64,000 nucleotides of DNA from an uncultured Gammaproteobacteria bacterium (GCA_964592195.1 CAZQEI010000002.1:13240-77239), one strand, 5' to 3'; positions 1 through 10,272 are shown, counted from the stretch's first letter. Translations and numbers: made by a program. The notes: a model not told the origin generated them from the sequence alone.

Positions 1-3000
1 ATTATAGTTCTGACCGGCAAAACCTCCAAGCCTAAACCCACCGGTAACAGCACCAATCGAGTAAGAAGTGGTAATTTCGCCATCATTGTAACCGACAAAA
101 CCGCCAATCACATTAAGACCAGAGACAGTCCCAACAGAGAAGGAATCTGTCACCGTACCAGCATTATATCCAAGTAGACCTCCAACATACTCGTCGCCTG
201 ACACCGCAATCTCATCAGCGCTAGAATTAGTAATCGTATGATGAGTGCCAGGATGAGTGAAATAATAATATTCACGGAACCATTTCTGAATATCATTAGG
301 ATATTGGGCTAAGGCAACATGTTCCAAGGCATCATGATATCCATTTGAAATAACCTCAAAAGATCGTTCATATCCATTTGGTAAAATAGGCAAAGTCCCA
401 AAGTCCAAATCAACTGCTGTATTGTTTTCACTTAACACAAGATATTTTTCATCCACTTCTTTTAACAAAGACAAATCACAACCACCACCAGTACATGAAA
501 CTGGCTCAAGTAGATGAGTCATTGTATCGACTCCATTGGTATCAGTAATCTTTATCGCAATATAATCAACATAATCAATATTTCTCTCAGTCGGATCATA
601 GGACATTTTCACAATACTATTGGTAAAAGAATCCAATTTGTAATGAAAAGCTCCTTCACCGGCCTTGCCGTTGTTGTAAACATTAAGCTTCGCGTTAAAT
701 TCATAGCCATTCCCGTTATCAGTAGAAATAATCGGACATTTGTTGTGTGCCAAAATTCCATCAGCGTAATAACTGTGTCCTGGTCCGCAAGTAAGTTCGC
801 CTTCGTTTTCAGGTTTAACCTCCAAATTATACACCGGCACAGAATCATACACACCTTGGATTGAATAAACTTCAATATTTTCCCCATTCTCTCCCCGCAA
901 CAGGTCACCAACAACGATTGATCCCGCCTCCAGCCATTCTCCATTTACATAGAGAGGGTGATTGGGAGTAAGTTTCAAACTATCATTAATAATTAAATAT
1001 TGATCAGTTTCATGAATAAATATCTGAGCCACTTGTCCAAAAACTTTTTGTCCAGAGATTTCATTGAACGATTGTACCCAATCTCCAGTTTTTACATTTT
1101 CAATATTTTTATATGATCCATCTTCTAGCAAAATTTGCGTTCCAGCCAAGAAACAGACATCGGGAATGTCATGATAACCACCGAGACCTCCAACGTAATC
1201 TGAATCTTCAGCCACGACACTACCACTCACATTTACATTGTCGATGGTACTGCCTGTACTGATATACCCAGCCAGAATACCGATATATTCACTTTCTCCA
1301 TGAGCTTCAATAGAAGCATCGACGATATCAACGTTTGAAATTTGGGCTCCGTCTCCGATTATTCCAAATAAACCCAGTTGAGCTTCGCCACGATTCACAT
1401 ATAAATTTTGAATTTCATAATTACCGCCTTCTCCATTTTCACCCTCAAGACTACCAGTAAAGAAATCATCCTCCAAAAAGCCATCGCGACCGTCATCATC
1501 TCTGTCACCACAATTATTAGAAGTTTGATTGCAACCAATTGGACTAAATCCCAAGAACATGCCCCCCTCTTCTGCATACCATTCATAATAGTTATCTTCA
1601 CAATCCACTTGATTGTCATAATCACTATCGCCCAGACAAATGCCATCAACATCATTCCACTCATCGGTATCAGAACAATCAATATTTTGAATTAATACAT
1701 AATGACCGGACAGATCCTCAGCCATTTCCTGCAATTGTTCACAGCTTGAAATGGAATATATATTATCTGCGTCAATACCCCGAAGTGTTGGGTAGGCGCC
1801 CACGGCCACATCCCAAATCTCATCAAAATCCCACTCATCAATCGGAGCATTTTCATAATTCCCCTTGAAATCATTTATACCATTTACCTTTTCCGGCTCA
1901 TACTCTATAGCTCCAGCACCCAAAACACCATCATCCAAACTGTTAAACCACCGATTACTTGAATAGTCATTACCATAGCTCTCAGCAATAAAACCAGCTA
2001 AATATTCAGCATCTTCATACAACGAGGAAACCTCACCCGTACTGAATGAGTAATAAACATCACCGTCATCATAAGAAATAAAGCCAGCTAGGTAATCACT
2101 ATTTCCTTCATCTGACCCAAGAACATCTCCGGTAGAATAAGAATAATAAATAGCACCGTCATTTTCAGCGGCAAAGCCTCCAGTATACTCATATCCCGTA
2201 ACATTTCCCGTGGCATAACAATCTGAGATATTGCCACTATTATTAGCGACAAAACCACCGGCTTCGCCTTCCGTAGATTCTACTTCGACATCTGAAAAAG
2301 ATTGATATATATTCCCATTATTTCTTCCAACCAACCCACCAGCATAATCGATAGATTCCACTGCGCCAGTAACATAGACAAGATTCACAGAGGCGTCATT
2401 ATCGATATAAGTAGCCAGTCCAGCTGAGTGATTATCACCGCTAATATTCACGTTTTCTAATCCCAACTCATAGACAGCATAGTCAGCCTCTCCGCTACCA
2501 ATAGCCGCAAACAAAGCAGCATCAGCATTGAATCCCTCTCCATGACGATTAATATATAATCCGGTTATTTTGTGACGATTGCCATCAAAGGAACCGGTAA
2601 AATACTCAGGATTATTATTACATCCATCACCATAATCACAATACCCTATCGGATCAAAACCAGCTTCATCCCCCCAAATTCCACCATCATCATAATCGTC
2701 ATCATCTGGATTGGTCATCGAACAATCAATATCCTCAGTTAATACAAAATAGTCATCCAAATAGTCTGCATCGCTATCGATCGCCTGTAGCTGTTCGCAG
2801 GTTTCAATTTGCCAAGGAGATAGTTCAGTTCCTGCTCCTCCGGCAAAAAGTGAACCCGCCCAGTTCAAAACGGTTTTTATCACAACTATATCCTTATTGG
2901 CAGAATAGGTATTAAGAGGATTTTGGTCGTCTACTATTTGCCATGTTCCATTACTATATCCAGCAACATAAGCATTGTCATCAGCGTCGACTACAATACT

Positions 3001-6000
3001 CTGACCATTATCTTCTGCTTCCGAACCATAAAAAGTGTGGCCTTGATAATCACCGCTATCGTTAAGTTTTAATATCATGATATCAGCAGCGCCTACGTAG
3101 TCATTTAGTGGAGCGGAATCACCATCTCCTAACCATGTATCCAAGCTCCTACCTGTGACATAAATTACAGAAGAGTCATCAATTGCCATACCTAGACCAT
3201 AATCATCCGACTCTGAACCATAAAAAGTGTGCCATTGGTATGTCCCACTATCATCCAACTTAACAACCATTATATCGTCACCACCTGAATATGGATGGAG
3301 TGAAGCGCTGTCTTCCGGTCCAGCCCATGAAGCCCCACTAAATCCAGTAGCGTATAAATAACCAGCTTGCACGTGAATGCTGTTAATCCAGTCTTGCTCG
3401 GTTGAGCCATAGAATGTGTGCCATTGGTATCCACCATCGGTATCAAGTTTTAAAATAAAAGCATCGTTGTCGCTTTCCGTAAAACCATTAAGCGGTTCTT
3501 CGCCATCAGAGCCAGTCCAGGAATCGATAGAAAATCCTCCGACATAAACATTTGCGTCACCATCAACAGCGATACTGGTCGGTTCATCTCCAGGATTATC
3601 TTCATCGACATAGGCATCCGAACCATAAAAAGTGTGCCACAAATAATTTCCATCAGTATCTAGCTTGAGTATTGCCATATCGGTCTGAGACCCAGAATCT
3701 TCGCCACTACTATAAGGGTGCAGTGGACCTTCTGCATCAGCCCCGTTCCAAGTATAGTAACTTTTTATCGCCACATAAACATTACCACTACCATCGACTA
3801 CAATACCTTGTCCTTCGTCCATAAAATCGGAACCATAAAATGTATGCCATTGATAGTCTCCATCACTGTTAAGTTTTAGAACAAAAGAATCCGAGTCACC
3901 TGCCGTAAACGCATTTAGCGGATCTTCAGAATCTGGCTCCGGACCATCCCATAATGAATAACTGAATCCTGTTATATAAAGATTGTTATCAGTATCAACC
4001 GCCGCTGAAAACCCATAATCATAACTATCCCCTCCATAAAAAGTGTGCCATAAATAACGCCCATCACTATCTAATTTTAAGACGAAAATATCAGCCGCAT
4101 TTCCTGAACTAGAGTGTGTATTCAACGGTTCTGTTCCTGTTTCTCCATGCGAATTCCAGGTATTCTTACTTCTCCCTACTATATAGGAATTTCCTTCGTT
4201 ATCTTTCACAATTTGATACGGTCTGTCTTCGGCAGCCGAACCATAAAAAGTATTCCACGAATCGTAAGTTTCTTCTGCAACACTAAAAGTTCTTTCTCCG
4301 GTTGAAACCTTATTCCCGCCCAAATCAACAGCATAGGCGGTCATGGTATGTTCACCATCAGCCAAATCATTAAAAGTTTGACCATATTGATTTTCGGAAG
4401 CATCATACAAAGACGCAATTTCAGCCGCAGATAATGCTCGATTGAAAATAGCTACATCGTCAACAAGTCCGCTAAAATTACTGCCACCAATTGAATCAGC
4501 TCCAATAGTAATAGAGCCATCAGCACTGTTAATAGTGTCGATGGTTTCGCTTTGATCTACTAACACACCATCAACATATAATTTGACACTTGTTCCATTG
4601 TATACCCCCACAAGATGATACCATTGCGAGGCATTAAGAGTCGTCACTGCAGCAAACCAAGAGGCACCATTATAAATAGAAAAAGAAGTCCCCCCCAACC
4701 CGTTGTGATCCCAATCCAAATCGTAAGATCCAGCGACATCCGCATAACCAATAATTCTTTTAATAGCGCTGCCAGTCGAAGCAGAATCAGAATTAACCCA
4801 AGCTGAAATAGTAAAGTCACCCGTGACTTGCAAGGAAGGATTATCCGTCACATCAACATGATTCCCTCCATCAAGACTAAACGCCTGCCCAAATTTTCCA
4901 GAAACATAATTTTCACTTTCAACTCCAGTATACAATTGCCACTCATCTATTCTCGGCCAGTTCACAGCAGGGACACTGGAATCAATAAACAGCCTGTAAT
5001 AGCGATAGCTATTGCTATTGTCGAGATAGTCCAGATACCAGGCATTTGCATCTCCGTGAGAGAAATCCCTCAAGTCAGTCCAATTGGTGTTATCGTTGGA
5101 GCCCTGAATCCTACCAATCAATGATGTTGTTAATGTATCATTTTCATGAGTTGAATAATGCAATCTTGATGCGGTAACTATTTCATCATTACCTTCTCCC
5201 AAATCTATTGCCAACCATTGTGTTGGTCCATTGTGATTTTGGAGATCTCCGTCACACCACCAGAAGGTATCTTCATCACCATCAAAAGCGATTTCCGGTC
5301 CATAGGTACTTGGCTGATAGGTATTTGACGCAGTCGCGGACCCAGGGGATAGTTCTACTAGTGTCTCGAGATCAATATGTTCATAGTCAGCCTCGTAACC
5401 CGCATGATTTCCGAAACTGGAATCATCACTGCCATTGTTTTCACCCCGCCACCAACCAAGAAGAGAATCATCAAAATCATTTACAACATAATGCTGCGCA
5501 GTGCTATTTGTAGAAACTGATATTTCCGCCGTCGTAACATCAAGAGTAGATTCATCCGCAGGGGTAGGTTCCTCAAAATCAATTGCTATAAGATCATCGG
5601 CCGCGATCGCCATCAACGTTGGAAAATATCCTTCAGTTACCACCCACTTCGGACCTTCAAAATCCCAAGAACCAATAGGCGGAGAAGCAACATCATAACT
5701 CGCTGGCTTGAAATAACTCAAATCTGCATTTGAAGACGCTTGCACTGAATCATCATTACCAACTACCAGCCAAATACTTCCATCATCATAATAATAAAAT
5801 CCATCAAGATCCCCATCACCAATCCCAACAGCTTCAGTAAAACCGATAAAAAACCCAGTATTGTCGACATTTTCATTCGTAATCGTCGCAGCCACAAAAC
5901 TATTAGTGGCAGTATCTGTCCCAACGTAGTCTGATCCAACCATACCCCCAATATTTGCCGAATCTTCTGGGTCAGTCCCAGTAACTGTCCCCCCAAAGTA

Positions 6001-8721
6001 GCTATTCTCGATATTCAATTCTGAGGCATAGTTGTACCCCAAAATTCCACCTATATTATAGACACCACTAACATCACTTATAGAATAAGCATTGAATATT
6101 AAAACCCCAGTATCAGTATAACCATCACTGTTATAAATCATTCCGACGAACCCACCAACACTTTCATCCCCAGTGACAGATCCAGAAGTATAACTTTCAG
6201 AAATTGAAACATCACAAGTATCGTCGTCAAACACAGCTTTACCAATCATTCCGCCAACATCATTTGATGCCGAAGAAATATTACCGTCCATATAACTTGT
6301 CGAAATATCAAAGTCTGTTTCCTCGAGACAACCGTCAAACGATACGTTTCCAATAAACCCACCAGTCCCAGCCTCCCCGTCTATATCTCCGGAAACTGAA
6401 GAATTGGTGATTTGGGACGCAGAATTACCGTACATTTCTCCAACAAATCCACCGGAGATATTTGATGAAGTAATATCGAGATTACTATGCACATTTCCAA
6501 TAGTAATGCCCGTGTCAGTTTCAGCCATCGATTCAATTTGTCCAACCAGTGCTCCAAAATATGCGCCACTACTATCACCTCCGACACTTCCACCATCAAG
6601 AGTTAAATCTTTAAAAGTTGGATATATTGCTTGTTCAAACATTCCCACCGCATCCGCATCATCGAGGTAAATATTAAGATTGCTAATCGTATGATTATCA
6701 CCATCCAAAACACCATTAAAAATATGTGTATCAGTATCATCCTGAAACAACCCGATCGGAGTAAAGACTCCTTCATTTTCTTCACCGTCATTAACAGTTA
6801 AACAATCAATGTCATCCATCAATTTATATACATCTTCTGAAGCAGTTCCTCCACTATAAGTCAGAGTAATATCTTGCAGCTCCTGACATGTCGCAATGCC
6901 ATGCACCCGTCTAAGAGTGGGATAACCTACTCCCTCTGGATCACGCCAAACAGCTGCAAAATCCCAATCTGTAAACGTATCTGCCCCACTCATCTCGACT
7001 GTTGTCTTGCCCACACCGTCTGCACTATTCATCAATCCTGACATATCAGTATCCCAAAAAGAATTTGTAACCGATCCACCGCCATCCTCATATCCAACCA
7101 GCCCACCAACACCCTGGCCACCTCCATCACGAACATTAACGACTACTGCTGAATAACTATTAACAATAGTAGATCCACCTTGGTTGGCGCCAACTAAACC
7201 ACCCAATCTATTTGCACCAGTTACACTGCCGGTGGCATAGGTATTTGAAATAGAAGTATTGTTATAACTGAAACCAACCAAAGTCCCTACAGCCCAGTCA
7301 ACACCAGTAATTTCTACATCTTCCAAACCAACATTACTGATCGTTGCACCATGAGTCTCACCAAAAAGACCAGTTCCGCCAGCAAGTGCTGGAGACGTAC
7401 GATGCATGTATAAATCAGAAATTACATATCCATTGCCATCGAATGTCCCACTAAAGTACGTAGCTGGAGTATCATTAGGATTACCAATAGGGTTAAAACC
7501 CTTTGAATATTTCAAATCAGCAGTCACTACCCCTTCCGGTGGCAACATAAAGATTATATTCCCAGCCTCAAGATTAGCGCTATAATCCACCGCTCCACCC
7601 TCCAATTCAAATCCATCTTCATAAACCGTTAACTCAGTTAAATGGGTATAACCAGTTGCATAGGTTGTCCCCTCCACTAATGTCAACGAAACGCCCGCAA
7701 CTAGATCAGACTCATTCCAGCCCGTTGCAGCTGAACAATCAATATCCCCAATCAAAACATAATCCGCATCCAATTCAGTACTCATGTTTTGCAATTGCTG
7801 ACAGTCTTCAATTTGGTAGGGATCTTCTGCTGTTCCAGTTCCACCGGCAAAATCAAAATCTGGAGCCATCTCTTCCACCGTAATCGTTCCGGAGTCAGTC
7901 GACGTCAGACCACTTTTCGCCGCCCTAATTGTGGCCGCGCCAACAGTGTCGGCAGTAAAGACTGCGAATTTGTTGGTAGTAACGTCTGGCACAAGATCTC
8001 CAATTACATCGCCTTCGAGCGACCAACTATCGGGAGAGACATTTTCAATAAAATTTCCATATTGATCACGAGTAATAGCATATACAGTCAAATCATCATC
8101 TCCAATAAAAATTGTTTGCTCAGGCACGACAGTTCCGTCCCCACCGTCCGCGGCTATTTCAACGCGAACGTGAGTGGCATCATCAGCCACGAAAACAACA
8201 TCAGAAATATCCCCTTCAAAATCAGCTGTCGAAAGACCAAAAGTCCCCGTAGTAGTGGTGATTGTTGGGAATTGGATTTCGTTCCCAGTGGCAGTATCAG
8301 ACAGTTGAATAACTATTGGGCCATAACCACCAGAGGGATAAAGTTCACGAATATATTCCAAACTAAGACTGGTACCCGAGACAAGCACAGATTCAGGATG
8401 CTCTGATGTTTCAATACTCTCTTGTACAATCAAAAAATCTGACTGGGAAATATTGTCAGCATTAAGAATTGTTCCCTCTGGAAAATCCAAGACCAAAGTT
8501 GGTGGCGTGGAATATTCTTGTGAAACCGTAAAGGTCGTAATAATGTCATCTGCTGACATGAAGGCTCCGACAGGACTGCCAGAAGGAGCGAAGGTAAGAC
8601 CATTCATCGCCGCATGTGCCACGTTAATTTCCAAAAAACCTAAGCCTGAGGAAGAAAAAACAAACGAGAAGATCACAAAAGAAATTAGCAATTTTTTGCC
8701 AACTATTTTTAATGTTTTCAT
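1..8721 (-). CDS. Giant secreted surface protein (>=2907 aa, 3' end outside window): signal peptide, 4 GLUG-repeat modules, Ig-like/LamG/F5-8 domains, SBBP propeller, internal Hint domain
   Basis: Manual translation of the minus-strand frame from ATG 8721 (alt. 8736; upstream stop at 8764-8766) reads open to position 1. It is absent from the ORF track, consistent with no stop in the window. N-terminus MKTLKIVGKKLLISFVIFSFVFSS...AHA; motifs FAGGTGTAEDPYQI, FSGTFDGNGYVIS, VGGLVG, WYHLVGVYNG, WHTFYG-type repeats x7. Confidence 0.93.
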   Translation of the reverse strand, partial: MKTLKIVGKKLLISFVIFSFVFSSSGLGFLEINVAHAAMNGLTFAPSGSPVGAFMSADDIITTFTVSQEYSTPPTLVLDFPEGTILNADNISQSDFLIVQESIETSEHPESVLVSGTSLSLEYIRELYPSGGYGPIVIQLSDTATGNEIQFPTITTTTGTFGLSTADFEGDISDVVFVADDATHVRVEIAADGGDGTVVPEQTIFIGDDDLTVYAITRDQYGNFIENVSPDSWSLEGDVIGDLVPDVTTNKFAVFTADTVGAATIRAAKSGLTSTDSGTITVEEMAPDFDFAGGTGTAEDPYQIEDCQQLQNMSTELDADYVLIGDIDCSAATGWNESDLVAGVSLTLVEGTTYATGYTHLTELTVYEDGFELEGGAVDYSANLEAGNIIFMLPPEGVVTADLKYSKGFNPIGNPNDTPATYFSGTFDGNGYVISDLYMHRTSPALAGGTGLFGETHGATISNVGLEDVEITGVDWAVGTLVGFSYNNTSISNTYATGSVTGANRLGGLVGANQGGSTIVNSYSAVVVNVRDGGGQGVGGLVGYEDGGGSVTNSFWDTDMSGLMNSADGVGKTTVEMSGADTFTDWDFAAVWRDPEGVGYPTLRRVHGIATCQELQDITLTYSGGTASEDVYKLMDDIDCLTVNDGEENEGVFTPIGLFQDDTDTHIFNGVLDGDNHTISNLNIYLDDADAVGMFEQAIYPTFKDLTLDGGSVGGDSSGAYFGALVGQIESMAETDTGITIGNVHSNLDITSSNISGGFVGEMYGNSASQITNSSVSGDIDGEAGTGGFIGNVSFDGCLEETDFDISTSYMDGNISSASNDVGGMIGKAVFDDDTCDVSISESYTSGSVTGDESVGGFVGMIYNSDGYTDTGVLIFNAYSISDVSGVYNIGGILGYNYASELNIENSYFGGTVTGTDPEDSANIGGMVGSDYVGTDTATNSFVAATITNENVDNTGFFIGFTEAVGIGDGDLDGFYYYDDGSIWLVVGNDDSVQASSNADLSYFKPASYDVASPPIGSWDFEGPKWVVTEGYFPTLMAIAADDLIAIDFEEPTPADESTLDVTTAEISVSTNSTAQHYVVNDFDDSLLGWWRGENNGSDDSSFGNHAGYEADYEHIDLETLVELSPGSATASNTYQPSTYGPEIAFDGDEDTFWWCDGDLQNHNGPTQWLAIDLGEGNDEIVTASRLHYSTHENDTLTTSLIGRIQGSNDNTNWTDLRDFSHGDANAWYLDYLDNSNSYRYYRLFIDSSVPAVNWPRIDEWQLYTGVESENYVSGKFGQAFSLDGGNHVDVTDNPSLQVTGDFTISAWVNSDSASTGSAIKRIIGYADVAGSYDLDWDHNGLGGTSFSIYNGASWFAAVTTLNASQWYHLVGVYNGTSVKLYVDGVLVDQSETIDTINSADGSITIGADSIGGSNFSGLVDDVAIFNRALSAAEIASLYDASENQYGQTFNDLADGEHTMTAYAVDLGGNKVSTGERTFSVAEETYDSWNTFYGSAAEDRPYQIVKDNEGNSYIVGRSKNTWNSHGETGTEPLNTHSSSGNAADIFVLKLDSDGRYLWHTFYGGDSYDYGFSAAVDTDNNLYITGFSYSLWDGPEPDSEDPLNAFTAGDSDSFVLKLNSDGDYQWHTFYGSDFMDEGQGIVVDGSGNVYVAIKSYYTWNGADAEGPLHPYSSGEDSGSQTDMAILKLDTDGNYLWHTFYGSDAYVDEDNPGDEPTSIAVDGDANVYVGGFSIDSWTGSDGEEPLNGFTESDNDAFILKLDTDGGYQWHTFYGSTEQDWINSIHVQAGYLYATGFSGASWAGPEDSASLHPYSGGDDIMVVKLDDSGTYQWHTFYGSESDDYGLGMAIDDSSVIYVTGRSLDTWLGDGDSAPLNDYVGAADIMILKLNDSGDYQGHTFYGSEAEDNGQSIVVDADDNAYVAGYSNGTWQIVDDQNPLNTYSANKDIVVIKTVLNWAGSLFAGGAGTELSPWQIETCEQLQAIDSDADYLDDYFVLTEDIDCSMTNPDDDDYDDGGIWGDEAGFDPIGYCDYGDGCNNNPEYFTGSFDGNRHKITGLYINRHGEGFNADAALFAAIGSGEADYAVYELGLENVNISGDNHSAGLATYIDNDASVNLVYVTGAVESIDYAGGLVGRNNGNIYQSFSDVEVESTEGEAGGFVANNSGNISDCYATGNVTGYEYTGGFAAENDGAIYYSYSTGDVLGSDEGNSDYLAGFISYDDGDVYYSFSTGEVSSLYEDAEYLAGFIAESYGNDYSSNRWFNSLDDGVLGAGAIEYEPEKVNGINDFKGNYENAPIDEWDFDEIWDVAVGAYPTLRGIDADNIYSISSCEQLQEMAEDLSGHYVLIQNIDCSDTDEWNDVDGICLGDSDYDNQVDCEDNYYEWYAEEGGMFLGFSPIGCNQTSNNCGDRDDDGRDGFLEDDFFTGSLEGENGEGGNYEIQNLYVNRGEAQLGLFGIIGDGAQISNVDIVDASIEAHGESEYIGILAGYISTGSTIDNVNVSGSVVAEDSDYVGGLGGYHDIPDVCFLAGTQILLEDGSYKNIENVKTGDWVQSFNEISGQKVFGQVAQIFIHETDQYLIINDSLKLTPNHPLYVNGEWLEAGSIVVGDLLRGENGENIEVYSIQGVYDSVPVYNLEVKPENEGELTCGPGHSYYADGILAHNKCPIISTDNGNGYEFNAKLNVYNNGKAGEGAFHYKLDSFTNSIVKMSYDPTERNIDYVDYIAIKITDTNGVDTMTHLLEPVSCTGGGCDLSLLKEVDEKYLVLSENNTAVDLDFGTLPILPNGYERSFEVISNGYHDALEHVALAQYPNDIQKWFREYYYFTHPGTHHTITNSSADEIAVSGDEYVGGLLGYNAGTVTDSFSVGTVSGLNVIGGFVGYNDGEITTSYSIGAVTGGFRLGGFAGQNYN
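742..1155 (-). other. Hint (intein-like/BIL-type) domain, 138 aa, within the giant protein
   Basis: Block A CFLAGTQILLEDG, block B LKLTPNHPLYV, C-terminal VYNLEV...HSYYADGILAHN followed by K-C-P; no endonuclease domain. Confidence 0.9.
2870..4260 (-). repeat. Seven ~65-70 aa SBBP-type beta-propeller repeats within the giant protein
   Basis: Recurring KLxxDGxYxWHTFYG...VDxxxNxYxxGxS; visible in DNA as repeated ccataaaaagtgtgcca. Boundaries approximate. Confidence 0.8.
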
Positions 8722-8792
8722 AAATATTTTTATCATATTCAAATTATTAATATTATACCATAATTAACCAATTTTATTAATAAAAAAATGAC

Positions 8793-8801
8793 TTATCCAC
8801 A
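8793..8801 (+). promoter_or_regulatory. Consensus DnaA box upstream of the giant gene
   Basis: TTATCCACA exact match; single copy, function uncertain. Confidence 0.3.
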
Positions 8802-8882
8802 AATTTTTTAGAATAACAGCCTGACTCAAGACAATAAACAAAAAAAACACCAAACGATGTTTTTAAAAATAATTCCTTCTTT

Positions 8883-8914
8883 CCCGCCTGAGGCGCCTGC
8901 CTGCGCAGGCAGGC
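8883..8914. repeat. Nested GC-rich micro-palindromes
   Basis: CCCGCCTGAGGCG directly followed by the perfect palindrome GCCTGCCTGCGCAGGCAGGC. Confidence 0.8.
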
Positions 8915-9034
8915 AAAACGATGACAAACTTAGAGCATTCTTCATTCTTATTCAAATAAAAAAACAATTTCGTGTTAATTGTTCTCCAATTTTTATCGTA
9001 TCTCGTTTCTCGCTTCACGTATCTCGACTCACAG

Positions 9035-10270
9035 CTAATCAGACAATTCCCTAAACTCTTTATCTTTCGCAGAAACCAATTCACTCACTTTCAACGCCAT
9101 CGCGTTAATTCCCATCAATCTTATTCCAGCCAAAGTTCTCACTCGTGATAACGCCACATATCCCATCCCATGTTCAAAAGATTTGGATAAATCAATTTCC
9201 GCGGCATCCAGGCTCATACCTTGACTCTTGTGAATGGTAATTGCCCAAGCTAAGCGCAAGGGAATTTGTTTTATACTTGCCAAGATTTCATTGTTTTCTT
9301 CCACATTCCAACTAACTTTCTTAGCGGTAATTAACTTATCACCTTTAACTTTAACAATCGGAAAACCATCGTCGTCAAAATCAACCACTTCCCCCAAAGT
9401 GCCGTTCACGTAGCCTAAATCAAAATTATTTTTCACAAACATCACCGCGGCGCCGACCTTCAAATGCAATTCGTTAACCGCCGGATAACTTTTCTTCAAA
9501 AATTCAACCAGATCAACCGGACCGTTTTGCGTTAACCTAAACAAATGATCTTCGCCTTCAATTCGTAACAATTGTTCTTCGTTGATGGCATCAACATTTT
9601 CATTATGTGTATATAATTTAGTCGGACGAACAATACCTTCTACTGGTTTTTTAAATCTGGTTTTTAATAATTTTAATTCTTTCTCCCCCGCCTTGTTCTC
9701 ACGAATTTTATTCAACACATTCAAGAACTGTAAATCATCCTGACGAAACTGTTCATCGAGGTAACAAACTTTTAAATCAGCGTTCAACCAAGAAAAGGCG
9801 TCAAAAGCAAATTCAAACTGTCGCTCGCGACTAACTGGTGGCAATTGAAAAAAATCTCCACACAGAACAACTTGAATTCCCCCAAACGGTAAAAACGGAT
9901 TGTGCACAGCCCGACAAATCTTATCTACCAAGTCTAAACGCGGTGCATCGAGCATGGATATTTCATCGATTATCAAAACTACGGTTTGTTTAATTCGAGA
10001 AAATAAATCTTCACGATATTTCAACATTTTAACAATATCTTTGTCACTAATGGTTTTCTCAATGCCCATACCACACCAGGAATGAATCGTTCGTCCGTTC
10101 AAATGAGTAGCCGCAATACCAGTCGAAGCAGTAATACCAGCCGGAATCTTTTTCTTTTTTAAATGGTCGATAAATTTATTTAACAAAAAAGTCTTACCAG
10201 TCCCAGCCGAACCAGTAAGAAAGACATTCTTGCCAGCTTTTAATATTTTCAAAGCTTGCGATTGATTCAT
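9035..10270 (-). CDS. Pif1-family (SF1B) DNA helicase
   Basis: Walker A GSAGTGKT, IIDEISM, GDFFQLPPV, WAITIHKSQG, YVALSR. Confidence 0.92.
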   Translation of the reverse strand: MNQSQALKILKAGKNVFLTGSAGTGKTFLLNKFIDHLKKKKIPAGITASTGIAATHLNGRTIHSWCGMGIEKTISDKDIVKMLKYREDLFSRIKQTVVLIIDEISMLDAPRLDLVDKICRAVHNPFLPFGGIQVVLCGDFFQLPPVSRERQFEFAFDAFSWLNADLKVCYLDEQFRQDDLQFLNVLNKIRENKAGEKELKLLKTRFKKPVEGIVRPTKLYTHNENVDAINEEQLLRIEGEDHLFRLTQNGPVDLVEFLKKSYPAVNELHLKVGAAVMFVKNNFDLGYVNGTLGEVVDFDDDGFPIVKVKGDKLITAKKVSWNVEENNEILASIKQIPLRLAWAITIHKSQGMSLDAAEIDLSKSFEHGMGYVALSRVRTLAGIRLMGINAMALKVSELVSAKDKEFRELSD

Positions 10271-10272
10271 AA

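Noticed and set aside
742-1155. Canonical splicing intein with homing endonuclease
   Set aside because: Only 138 aa, no LAGLIDADG/HNH region, +1 residue is Lys, and the host is an extracellular protein.
2870-4260. Regularly spaced ccataaaaagtgtgcca repeats resembling a CRISPR array
   Set aside because: Spacing of about 200 bp, in frame, encoding WHTFYG propeller repeats; no cas genes.
514-8767. Many short ORF-track calls on both strands
   Set aside because: They are shadows of the giant minus-strand ORF, which carries clear domain motifs.
8793-8801. Replication origin
   Set aside because: A single DnaA box (two imperfect ones near 37326-37345), with no cluster and no dnaA/dnaN nearby.
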